A DNA stretch of 64,000 nucleotides from an uncultured Candidatus Saccharibacteria bacterium (GCA_964360585.1 CAYHXC010000008.1:8-64007); one strand, 5' to 3'; shown: positions 8,809-17,456, counted from the first letter of the stretch. Notes: a model not told the origin generated them from the sequence alone. Made by a program: numbers and translations.

Positions 8809-10197
8809 TTATCTGCAGAGTTTGTCCCGTTCAGTTGGGCCGAACGAAACCAGGCGAACGGGTATGCCCAGTTTCTGGCCAAGGATCCCCACACACAGAT
8901 CGTACAATATGTCACGATCGGCGGCAGGGGCGATATCAAAAGAGAATATCTCCGGCACGCAGTTTTGCAACTCGTGTCCAAGACATTCTTGAAAGGATAG
9001 TCGGGACAGATCCTCACCATGCCGCACACGCAATTCGCCGCTTGGCGTAAAATACGTAAAATCATCGGCACCTGAGTATCTGTCTGAGAGTGACCAGATT
9101 TTATTTTTCTGGATCTGATCAAACCAGGTTACGGCGAGACCGTCGAAGGCTTTAGTGCCGCCACACGCCTCGATGGCGTATCGCAACAACACCAGGTCGA
9201 GTGGACCCACTCGAGCTTTGCCTTGATAACGATTCTCTACCTTGTTGCTGCCCGGCAAGAGCTGCTCGCTCATGGCCGGATCAGCGGTTGGCATCGGTCC
9301 TGCTCCGTGGCGTATCTGATACGCCCGAGTGACGCCGATTTTTATCACCTCTCCACTGTATCCAGCTTCCTCGATCATCGCCCAAGTAAACTGAGGCAAC
9401 GTTCGAATGGCAGACACATGCGGATGAAAACCATAGTAGCGATCGGTGAGCACTCCGTGAGAACTCTCGACCACCACTACGCCATCACGATTAAGGATCT
9501 CTCGCCGGAGATAGTCTTGATCGACTATGTACACACGCTCCGCCGTTTCCCGAAAACGACTGACAACGTAATTCAGAAAACCATCATCTCCGAGGAGACT
9601 CAGTTCTTCCTGAACCACATCGCGGTCATCTTCTAGAAATGAACCCTCAATGATATGCACCAGATCACGACGAACGTATTCACGAATCGCCGCAATCTGA
9701 TCACGGAGGCAAGATCCCGAAAGATCTCGAGCGCGCACGGCGGTGTCAGGATAACGTTCGGCTTGCCGATACGCCTCGCCGACACCAGTACCAATCGTTC
9801 CGCGAGGATTATCCCCACGGGCCAGTTCTTTGATGCGAGAAGCGATGCCATGAAATGGCGTCGCACAGAGTGCATCTTCGTCGATAGTCAGAAGACCAAA
9901 GACTCCGTCGAGGCCACAGGCAAATTGCAACTGGGTCCCTTCGTTTAAGATACCTTCCGGCGTAACGACGAAGCGAGACGAAAGATGCGTCCTCGCTCCT
10001 TCGAAGGTGCCGCACCCCCACTGACTGAACGCGAAGCGATCGCCAGCTGAGGTTTGTACACCGTGACTTCCTTGAGCACCGCCAACTTTGATGATGGTGT
10101 GTGCTCGTCGCATCGAACTGATCTTGTGAATAATTCCACCCTTACCACCGTCACCAGGACCAAGGTCCGTGACGGTGTACAGCTTTTTTGTTGCCAT
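8809..10197 (-). CDS. Divergent adenylosuccinate synthetase (PurA-like)
   Basis: GDGGKG P-loop, GGAQGSH, GTIGTGVG, ESSHGVLTD, RAYQIRHGAGPMPT, RVGPLDL, SFGPTERDK. Confidence 0.88.
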   Translation of the reverse strand: MATKKLYTVTDLGPGDGGKGGIIHKISSMRRAHTIIKVGGAQGSHGVQTSAGDRFAFSQWGCGTFEGARTHLSSRFVVTPEGILNEGTQLQFACGLDGVFGLLTIDEDALCATPFHGIASRIKELARGDNPRGTIGTGVGEAYRQAERYPDTAVRARDLSGSCLRDQIAAIREYVRRDLVHIIEGSFLEDDRDVVQEELSLLGDDGFLNYVVSRFRETAERVYIVDQDYLRREILNRDGVVVVESSHGVLTDRYYGFHPHVSAIRTLPQFTWAMIEEAGYSGEVIKIGVTRAYQIRHGAGPMPTADPAMSEQLLPGSNKVENRYQGKARVGPLDLVLLRYAIEACGGTKAFDGLAVTWFDQIQKNKIWSLSDRYSGADDFTYFTPSGELRVRHGEDLSRLSFQECLGHELQNCVPEIFSFDIAPAADRDILYDLCVGILGQKLGIPVRLVSFGPTERDKLCR

Positions 10198-10233
10198 ACC
10201 ATCACGTCCTTGATCCTGGTTGAGGGTCAACCC

Positions 10234-11367
10234 TTAGAGCCAACCGCCGTCGGGCTTGGTAGCAGTAGATTTACCCTTCTTCTTCGACAAACCGCCAAGT
10301 TCGGCGGCTTCGTCCGCATTGACCGGCCAGAGGTCGGTTTTGGTGTGGAAGATGTCACCTTTCTTTGGCTGCCTGTTGAAGTTCGGTAACGCTTTCTGCG
10401 CCCCGAGTGGAATGCTCGAAACCGCACTTAGAATCATCGCCACCTCTCTCTCTGTCAGATTCTGATGACCCAGGAAATCCTTGGCCGATCGAAGATCCAA
10501 CGTTCCTTCCGTGAGACCGATGATCGTGGCCATCGCGTACGGAGCGTGCTGGACTCGAGACAGACGGATGAGTCGATCCTTTCCGTAGAGATCCCGCCAG
10601 AAAGCGGGAGCACCCGGATTGGGATCGACGATCAGGATGAAGATGTGCGCTTGCTTCGTCAGCTCACGCACGACGTCCCGTGTTTCGGGAAGGTCGCGCG
10701 GATCAATCTCGTAACCGTTCTCTTTGACCTTGTCGAACACCTCAGATCCGTAGATCTGCTTCAGAGCGGCCGCCTCCAGTCTTTCGCGTGCCGGCGCATC
10801 GGTGATCGTGAAGTCGTACGACTTCAGACCAATCAGCCGTTGGTAGGCGCGGGTCAAGTAGGCAGCCCCGAAAAGTCCGTAGTGCGGATCTTCGGGTATG
10901 TCGCCGCCTTGTCGGATCGGGTTCATCAGAGTCAGCTGATTGACCATCCGATCGGCCAGCACTTCGAACTGTCCACGACACATGATGAATTGGTCGTCGA
11001 CATCATTGAAGACACCCGCACAGTAGAACGGATCTCGTCCAGAAAGCACTTCGGCGACGGGCTCGCACAATGCCGGCAAAGCCGCCAAGGCCAAGTCCAC
11101 ATTGTCGCCCATCGACGATGTCGTATCGAGACGATACTCGATCGAAACTGGCGAACCGACAGCGACCTCGAAGAGGCCGTCCGATCGGTCGAGGAGACGA
11201 ATCCGCGAAGGACGGATGACCCCGTACTGAGCTGGATCAACCAGCGGGTCGAGCTTGCCGGTTTTCTTGACCGTTTGCTCCCCACGCACGGTTACTGCAG
11301 CTCCCCTGGTCGTCAGCTTTGACGTCGTTTCCTCGAATGTAGTTCTCGAAAAACCACCTTTGGCCAT
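10234..11367 (-). CDS. vWA (MIDAS) domain protein
   Basis: LDTTSSMG (DxTxS), GGDIPE and FTITDAP; SD GAGGAG 7 nt upstream of the MAKGG start. Confidence 0.75.
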   Translation of the reverse strand: MAKGGFSRTTFEETTSKLTTRGAAVTVRGEQTVKKTGKLDPLVDPAQYGVIRPSRIRLLDRSDGLFEVAVGSPVSIEYRLDTTSSMGDNVDLALAALPALCEPVAEVLSGRDPFYCAGVFNDVDDQFIMCRGQFEVLADRMVNQLTLMNPIRQGGDIPEDPHYGLFGAAYLTRAYQRLIGLKSYDFTITDAPARERLEAAALKQIYGSEVFDKVKENGYEIDPRDLPETRDVVRELTKQAHIFILIVDPNPGAPAFWRDLYGKDRLIRLSRVQHAPYAMATIIGLTEGTLDLRSAKDFLGHQNLTEREVAMILSAVSSIPLGAQKALPNFNRQPKKGDIFHTKTDLWPVNADEAAELGGLSKKKGKSTATKPDGGWL

Positions 11368-11379
11368 GTGCATTCTCCT

Positions 11380-12198
11380 CTAAAGCGGTAGGGTGGTGAA
11401 AGGATAAAATCCCCTCTCCCACAGTTGATCAACGAGTTCGTAGAAGTCCCGATGGGCTTCCTGAGCACTACGATGACCGTTCTCTCGAAGGACCATCAGG
11501 TACTCACTGTACTGATCGAACTCTTTACTTCCGTCTCCCGGAATGCCTCCTTCATCTGTGCCGCCCAAAACTGCAAAAACAGTTTGGGCTGCGGCCTTCA
11601 CCTCCTCAGACGCATCGATCCGAGTCACACCGTCGGGGTGTCGCTGGGCGTTTCCCCAGTTGAACACCAAAACGCCATGCTGGCTTGGTTCGATGAGAAC
11701 GTTGCCTGGAGTGATCTGGTTAATGGTGATGTCTGCGCCATGTGCGAAAGCGACAATCTTCAGAAGTTTGCCTAGGATCCAAACGCTGGACCGAAGGTCA
11801 ACCCTCTGTTGGTCTCGGTGCACAACGTTGTGCAAGGGCACCATTCTCCGTGTGTCGTCGATGTTCCTGAAGGCAAGCACATTGGCCCGCCGCTCCCCCT
11901 GTTCGGTCAGCAAGAAGCTGTCGACTAGGGCAGGAAAACCGAGCTCATAGTGGAGTTTACTCTCCGGGTTGGTCTTGATCTTGGTATACATCTCTTCCAA
12001 CTCACCAGCTCGCGCCAAAAGTTGTTCGAGAAAATACGCTCCGCGATCAAGCATGCCATTCTGAGCAACATCCGTTGCCACTTGCAGTAACTGCCCTTGA
12101 CCGTCCCCCTCTGGCGAGCAAAGGTACAAACGGTACTCGGGTGTTTCTGCGACACGATCGCCAACATGGTACATACGTGAACCATTTCTAACGATCAT
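11380..12198 (-). CDS. Protein-kinase-fold protein, apparently inactive
   Basis: AFAHGADITINQITPGNVLI...VFNWG aligns with HxDxxPxN/DFG but lacks both aspartates; SD GGAGGTG. Confidence 0.7.
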   Translation of the reverse strand: MIVRNGSRMYHVGDRVAETPEYRLYLCSPEGDGQGQLLQVATDVAQNGMLDRGAYFLEQLLARAGELEEMYTKIKTNPESKLHYELGFPALVDSFLLTEQGERRANVLAFRNIDDTRRMVPLHNVVHRDQQRVDLRSSVWILGKLLKIVAFAHGADITINQITPGNVLIEPSQHGVLVFNWGNAQRHPDGVTRIDASEEVKAAAQTVFAVLGGTDEGGIPGDGSKEFDQYSEYLMVLRENGHRSAQEAHRDFYELVDQLWERGFYPFTTLPL

Positions 12199-12311
12199 AA
12201 CTCTCTCACCTCCTATCCTTTCTTGATACTTGGTTAACTGAACTAAAATAAGTTATCAAAGGGCACCTCCGGTCGAAAATCCCATAAATACAGGATTCCG
12301 GCGGATGTTGC

Positions 12312-12340
12312 ATTTAAGTATAAATTGTTCCTTTTGTCAA
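12312..12340 (-). promoter_or_regulatory. Probable promoter of the four-gene operon
   Basis: TTGACA at 12340-12335 followed by an AT-rich -10-like region; spacing imperfect. Confidence 0.5.
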
Positions 12341-12417
12341 TATTTTCTGCCATCAAGATTTCTTGAATCATTGTAGTTTGGTGAGCAGTTCATCGGAACA
12401 AATCCTACTGAACCGAG

Positions 12418-12596
12418 GCGCCGCGGCACGAGCAGTATGGGAAGACATGACGCCCCTCGCCCGCAACGAATGGATCTGTTGGATTATTTCCGGTAAAAAA
12501 ATGGAAACGAGAGGTATCCGTATCGAGAAAGCGCTCTCTAAACTGAAAGGCGGCATGCGCCGGCCTTGTTGCTGGGTCGGCTGTGGACATCGTTAA
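12418..12596 (+). pseudogene. 5'-truncated ydeI-like gene, the right direct repeat
   Basis: Homology to 3419-3594 starts abruptly at codon ~21; the N-terminus is missing. Confidence 0.9.
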
Positions 12597-12696
12597 CAGG
12601 TAGACACCACCATATTTTCACAAGTAATTGCCGGAACAATACTTGACCTTTCTTATTTTTTACGTTATTTAAATCTTAGACTAAAGGAGAAGTCTT

Positions 12697-13053
12697 TTGA
12701 GAACATTAACAAAAAGTACACCGACCACAGCGACTCCATGGACCAAAGCAATCCGGCAAACCCGAGATCATGACAACCGTCTGTCTCTTATCCAAGAGAT
12801 GCCCATCGTGGCGTGGTTTTCGAAAATAAGAGGCCGGATACATCGATTGATCAAAGTAAGAGCGCGACTCGGAGACAATGCGTGGATTATCGTCGATGCG
12901 CAAGGGTTCTTTGGAACGTTGTCGCCTACCACCCTGGATGCCTGTCTGCGCACTCTTACCGCTGAAAATGGGTGGGTACTCTGCGAGTTCACAAGCGAGG
13001 CTGACTTTTACAGGACTGCACTCGCTTATCTTGAAGAGGCACGCACAGATTGA
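12697..13053 (+). CDS. Hypothetical protein, single-gene cassette
   Basis: TTGACC promoter, SD AAAGGAG, TTG start, hairpin plus T-run at 13064-13100. Confidence 0.7.
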   Translation: MRTLTKSTPTTATPWTKAIRQTRDHDNRLSLIQEMPIVAWFSKIRGRIHRLIKVRARLGDNAWIIVDAQGFFGTLSPTTLDACLRTLTAENGWVLCEFTSEADFYRTALAYLEEARTD

Positions 13054-13204
13054 CTTCAATTATACCGTCTCACCTTTACAGGTGCGGCGGTTTTTTATTT
13101 TTTGTCCCAAGAAAAAGCCGCTGGAGCCGCATATGTTGACACTCAGCTATTTATAGTGCATTTTCTAGGCAGCAGATATAGGAATCCTTGAGAGGAGGGT
13201 TGTT

Positions 13205-13759
13205 ATGCCCATCTACTTGCCGAAACAGATTGAGCCGCTCACGCCGACGGTTGATTCCCCACTATTTTTTCTGGCCGGACCGATTCGTGGAGGCGGCGAC
13301 TGGCAGTCTCACATGGCTGTCTGTATCCTCGATCGAGAACCATCGGCACTCATTGCTTGCCCGTCACGATGGGGTAGCAATCATCGGCTGGCGCATCACT
13401 TCTATCGGCCATACTCACAAGCAAACAACCGACAGCTCGTGTGGGAACGCCACTACCTCAAGCAGGCTGGGCTTGAACCGAATGTGCCAGGCTGTATTAT
13501 CTTCTGGCTCGGCCTTGAAAGCACGCGGGATCCTCATCCGGGTCCTCAACCATATGCGATGGACACCCGACGCGAACTGGGGAAATTCACTGCCTTCGCG
13601 GAAATGATGAACGTTCGCATGGTGGTCGGCGGCAACCGCGGCTTCCATGGACTCGGAGTCATCCTCTTCGAACTGAGCGAGGCCATCGGAAAAACCTTTC
13701 CGTTCCACGAAACAATGGAAGATGTCGTTACTCATGCAGTGGCAACTGCCCAACGGTAG
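13205..13759 (+). CDS. Nucleoside 2-deoxyribosyltransferase-like (NDT/TIR-like Rossmannoid) protein
   Basis: FFLAGPIRGGGDWQ, QLVWERHYL, IIFWL, TRRELG; own promoter, SD and terminator. Confidence 0.7.
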   Translation: MPIYLPKQIEPLTPTVDSPLFFLAGPIRGGGDWQSHMAVCILDREPSALIACPSRWGSNHRLAHHFYRPYSQANNRQLVWERHYLKQAGLEPNVPGCIIFWLGLESTRDPHPGPQPYAMDTRRELGKFTAFAEMMNVRMVVGGNRGFHGLGVILFELSEAIGKTFPFHETMEDVVTHAVATAQR

Positions 13760-13888
13760 ACGAACACCCGCCCCTCTTCAATGATCGGGCGGTTTTTATT
13801 TCTTCAAAAAAGTCTCGCGCCGAGAGTAGAACCGAATCCCCTGTTTGTTTTGTAGTATTTAGAATCCTAATTAATGTAAAATAAAAGT

Positions 13889-14131
13889 ATGGTCAGAAAA
13901 GGAATAGTACATAAAGTGCCGGCGGACTTACGCAAAGCTCTGATTGCAACACCCGCGGCGCGAGCAGTATGGGAGGATATTACGCCTTTAGCGCGCAACG
14001 AATGGATCTGCTGGGTCATATCTGGCAAAAAAGCGGAAACGAGAATTATCCGTATCAAAAAGGCACTCTCAAAACTAAAAGGCGGCATGCGCCGACCGTG
14101 CTGCTGGGCCGGTTGCGGTCATAGAAAATAA
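13889..14131 (+). CDS. YdeI/OmdA-associated family protein, copy 3
   Basis: Close paralog of 3358-3615; TAAAAT 6 nt before ATG. Confidence 0.85.
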   Translation: MVRKGIVHKVPADLRKALIATPAARAVWEDITPLARNEWICWVISGKKAETRIIRIKKALSKLKGGMRRPCCWAGCGHRK

Positions 14132-14474
14132 AGCGAAGGAGGGCGGAAAAGAAATATTAAAATGAATTCATCCGAAATTCATTTGCGATTGCGTAAATTT
14201 TTTATGTTGGAGTACGCACATCGACACAACGTTCTTTGACATACTTGAATAAGCTCCATCTCTCCTCTCCCTTCTCTCCACCACAACCGCGCTCCACTTC
14301 CGAGCGCGGCTTTTATTTTGTGATAAAAAAAATAATAAAAATGAAGAAATATTTTTCTTACTTCTTGGGCGGCATAGCAATCCTAGCACTGTCTCACGCT
14401 ATTGAGCCATTACGGCTGGTTGACAAAAGAAGGAATTGTGTTTAATTTGTGGTCAGAACATAAAGGAGAAGTAT

Positions 14475-15020
14475 ATGCGTCATGCGCTGGTCGAATCATA
14501 TGTCCGACAGCTCCGCTCATCGCTTCAGGCGACAGCAGTGCCAGTCGAGGAAGATATGTTGCGATCTTTGTATGACCGTCGGAGTTATGGCGGTCTGGTT
14601 GGTGTGATCAAAAAAATCATGCACCTGGAATTGCGAATCCGCCTGGGTCTCGTAAATAATGGAGGACCTAATGCGCCGGCCTGGGTTCAATGCCCGGACC
14701 CGATGCCTCTCTATGGAAGCTCGGAATTTTGCAAGATAGAGGTACCGCTCTATCTGAGGAAAAGCTTCTTGAGAGAAGTTGAGTTCGAGCAGGTGGTGTG
14801 CGCGATCGCTCACGAACTCGCCCATGTGGTGTTACATAGCCTGCGCCATCCTCTCAGAACCGAGGAAGAGGCGGTGGATCTCACGGCGATGCTCCTGGGA
14901 TTTCGGGACTTCTATATGACCGGGTGCGTTCAATCGTTCAGAGGCCATGTCGTGTACCAGCAGGGATATCTCTCAGAAAAAGAGATTTGTTACGCTGCGC
15001 ACTACATGACATTTAGATAA
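14475..15020 (+). CDS. HExxH zinc metallopeptidase (ImmA/IrrE-like)
   Basis: IAHELAHVVLH followed by EEEAVD; TTGACA promoter, SD AAGGAG, terminator 15024-15048. Confidence 0.75.
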   Translation: MRHALVESYVRQLRSSLQATAVPVEEDMLRSLYDRRSYGGLVGVIKKIMHLELRIRLGLVNNGGPNAPAWVQCPDPMPLYGSSEFCKIEVPLYLRKSFLREVEFEQVVCAIAHELAHVVLHSLRHPLRTEEEAVDLTAMLLGFRDFYMTGCVQSFRGHVVYQQGYLSEKEICYAAHYMTFR

Positions 15021-15046
15021 TTTAAGTCGCTACTCGTAGCGGCTTT

Positions 15047-15826
15047 TTATTTTCTCTTAAAGCGACTTCGGTAAATAATAGAAACAAGCGCAAAGCTTAA
15101 GATGAGCAGGAGAAACCACGAGCCAACCTTACCAAGTGAAACCAGGCGCCAGGAATCCAGCTGGCTGGGGTAAATCCAGATGCGGGTAAAGGTGCCGATA
15201 TTTTCCGCAATCCAAACAAAGAGCGCAGTCAAAAATGCGGCTAAGAGAAATGGCATGTTCCGAACTTTACGGTAGACTTGGAAGTGGATTTTGGTTTTGA
15301 AAAATATCAGAAGTACGTACGCAAATAAAAAGTAGCGGATATCGAAGAAAAAGTGATGCGCGAAGAAGTTAACATAAATGAGAATTGCGAGTACCCAAAG
15401 ATGGAGGTAGGCGGGAAAATTTTCATATGAGAGTTTGAGGAAGATAAAAGCCCGCGAGATGTAGCTTCCGACGGCGGAGTACAGAAACCCGGTAAACAGT
15501 GGCACCGTACCGAGAGCAAATATCGCCGTCGCGAGACCCGGATAGCTCCAGGAGCCGATGGCCGGATTAGTTTTGAATAATTCCATGATTGTGGCTAGGA
15601 TATGGAAAATGATAATGACCGCAAACTCTTTGAGTTGTTCGAAGCGAAATAAGAGCGCGCATATCTGGAATCCGATCGCCGCAAGAAAAATAAAGTCATA
15701 TCGGCTGATTAACGGAACAGTGACAACCTCGGTCAAAAGAAATATAGAAAGCAAAAATACGCCAAAATAACTGGCCCGCAGATTGGCAAGAAAGAAATGC
15801 CATAACTCGATAAGGAAAGTCCGCAT
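15047..15826 (-). CDS. DUF817 family membrane protein
   Basis: SRYDF, MELFKT, GSWSYP, VPLFTGFLYSAVGSY, WIAENIGTF motifs. Confidence 0.88.
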   Translation of the reverse strand: MRTFLIELWHFFLANLRASYFGVFLLSIFLLTEVVTVPLISRYDFIFLAAIGFQICALLFRFEQLKEFAVIIIFHILATIMELFKTNPAIGSWSYPGLATAIFALGTVPLFTGFLYSAVGSYISRAFIFLKLSYENFPAYLHLWVLAILIYVNFFAHHFFFDIRYFLFAYVLLIFFKTKIHFQVYRKVRNMPFLLAAFLTALFVWIAENIGTFTRIWIYPSQLDSWRLVSLGKVGSWFLLLILSFALVSIIYRSRFKRK

Positions 15827-15976
15827 ACTTATATAGTATGCATCATAAGTACCATTTCTTCTTCAATTCGGACAGAGATCTCCTGCGGGCAATGATTAAT
15901 CAAAACTGAAGTTTTTAGTTATATCATGGTAATATATTAGAAAGGGTCATAAAGGTCGCAATTTCTTATTGAAACA

Positions 15977-16165
15977 ATGAAAATCTTTAAATCCTGGACA
16001 TTCGCATGGTGGGAAGTCAGTCTTATCAAACTCTGCCTCATGTCCCTTGGCATCCTCCTTGGCCTTTATTTCTACGACTATCTCATAGATCTCCTTTCGC
16101 TCTGGTGGGCAGTGTTTGTTGTGACGGCTCTCTATTTTATTATAAGATTCTTCCGTGAAGGATAA
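15977..16165 (+). CDS. Small two-TM membrane protein
   Basis: 62-aa hydrophobic ORF filling an intergenic gap. Confidence 0.7.
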   Translation: MKIFKSWTFAWWEVSLIKLCLMSLGILLGLYFYDYLIDLLSLWWAVFVVTALYFIIRFFREG

Positions 16166-16214
16166 GGAGGAGGATTAATAGACAACGTTTTCTGAAAACA
16201 CTATAATTTACGCT

Positions 16215-16994
16215 ATGGAACTTTATTACATTGCGGGAGGATTTGTAATTTTTATTATCCTTATTAGCACCAAACAGGTAAACCAGTTTGAACGCGGTAT
16301 CAAATTTACCATGGGCAGATTCACTAAGATTATGGAACCGGGCTGGCGACTCGTCTTCCCGATTTTCCAGTCCTATCAGAAAGTGGACATGCGCATAAAA
16401 GCGGTGGATGTTCCCGACCAGAATGCAATTACCAAAGACAATGTTTCCGTAGCCGTAAATGCCGTCATCTACTATCGCGTCTCATCGGCCGAGAAAGCCA
16501 TCTTGGAAGTAGAGAATTTTTTCTACGCCATCTCGCAGTACGCCCAAACCACCATGCGCAACATTGTTGGTGAAGTGACGCTTGATGAGCTCCTGAGCAG
16601 TCGCGAGTCTATCGCCAATCGCATCAAGGAAATTGTCGACCAGGAAACCGATGCCTGGGGACTCAAGGTGAATAACGTGGAACTGAAGGATATCAAACTG
16701 CCTGAGACGATGGAACGAACCATTGCTAAACAGGCTGAAGCCGAACGCGAAAAGCGCGCCGTAATTATCACTTCCGAAGGAGAGTTGGCTGCTTCCCAGA
16801 ATATCGCCCAAGCGGCTGCGACACTCGCTGGCTCAGAGGGCGCTCTCCATTTACGCACGCTTCAGTCCATCAACGATGTCTCTTCCGATCAGTCAAATAC
16901 GATTGTCTTCACCGTTCCCTTAGAAATTCTTCAGGCCTTCACCGGCTACGTGAAAAAGCACAAGAGCGATCTACACGAACATGAGTCCGTATAG
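16215..16994 (+). CDS. SPFH/stomatin (slipin) family protein
   Basis: ITKDNV, AQTTMRNIVG, AKQAEAEREKRA, LRTLQ. Confidence 0.93.
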   Translation: MELYYIAGGFVIFIILISTKQVNQFERGIKFTMGRFTKIMEPGWRLVFPIFQSYQKVDMRIKAVDVPDQNAITKDNVSVAVNAVIYYRVSSAEKAILEVENFFYAISQYAQTTMRNIVGEVTLDELLSSRESIANRIKEIVDQETDAWGLKVNNVELKDIKLPETMERTIAKQAEAEREKRAVIITSEGELAASQNIAQAAATLAGSEGALHLRTLQSINDVSSDQSNTIVFTVPLEILQAFTGYVKKHKSDLHEHESV

Positions 16995-17060
16995 TTACTC
17001 GCAGTAATTTTTAAGTTTGCTATACTAGAGATAGCCCACCATCTCGGAAGGAGGAATGTC

Positions 17061-17456
17061 ATGCGACATGCGCGTTGGCTCTTGATTTTAGGACTGTTCG
17101 TTCCAATCCTTGCGCTCGCGTCGCGAGTACAAGGAGGACAAAGCATCTGCGAGTATCTGGAACGAGTACCCGACATGAGTCCGTTCTGTGATTACACTGT
17201 GGAACTGGCCGAGCCTCTTGATCCCACTTCCACCTGTCGCGAGCTTCAGTGTGATCCTGCGACGAAACGTTGCCTGGTCTACTCGAGCTGCACACATGAC
17301 ACAGCAACGGAATGTTTCAGTGTCATCGTCGACGGACTCGAGGGAGCTTGCACGGCCGATGGACATCCGATCATCGAAGTGGCCAGTTGCCCGAATTCGA
17401 GTATCGTCGGCATGTTTCCCAAGATGGTGAATCCCCACGCCGTCTGCGCCCGCTAA
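17061..17456 (+). CDS. Secreted cysteine-rich small protein
   Basis: Signal peptide, 10 Cys, SD AGGAGG, terminator near 17480-17532. Confidence 0.7.
   Translation: MRHARWLLILGLFVPILALASRVQGGQSICEYLERVPDMSPFCDYTVELAEPLDPTSTCRELQCDPATKRCLVYSSCTHDTATECFSVIVDGLEGACTADGHPIIEVASCPNSSIVGMFPKMVNPHAVCAR

Noticed and set aside
8799-9122. 108-aa N-terminal extension of ORF 7611-9122
   Set aside because: It overlaps the PurA-like gene; a good SD supports the start at 8798
8809-10197. PurZ (2-aminoadenine DNA pathway)
   Set aside because: The P-loop has Asp (GDGGKG), not the Ser typical of PurZ; no dATPase, MazZ or polymerase nearby
10465-11322. 285-aa plus-strand ORF (also 8404-9000, 23588-24445, 47618-48232, 48900-49538, 58185-58889, 60886-61443)
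   Set aside because: Antisense shadows of well-supported genes, with no motifs
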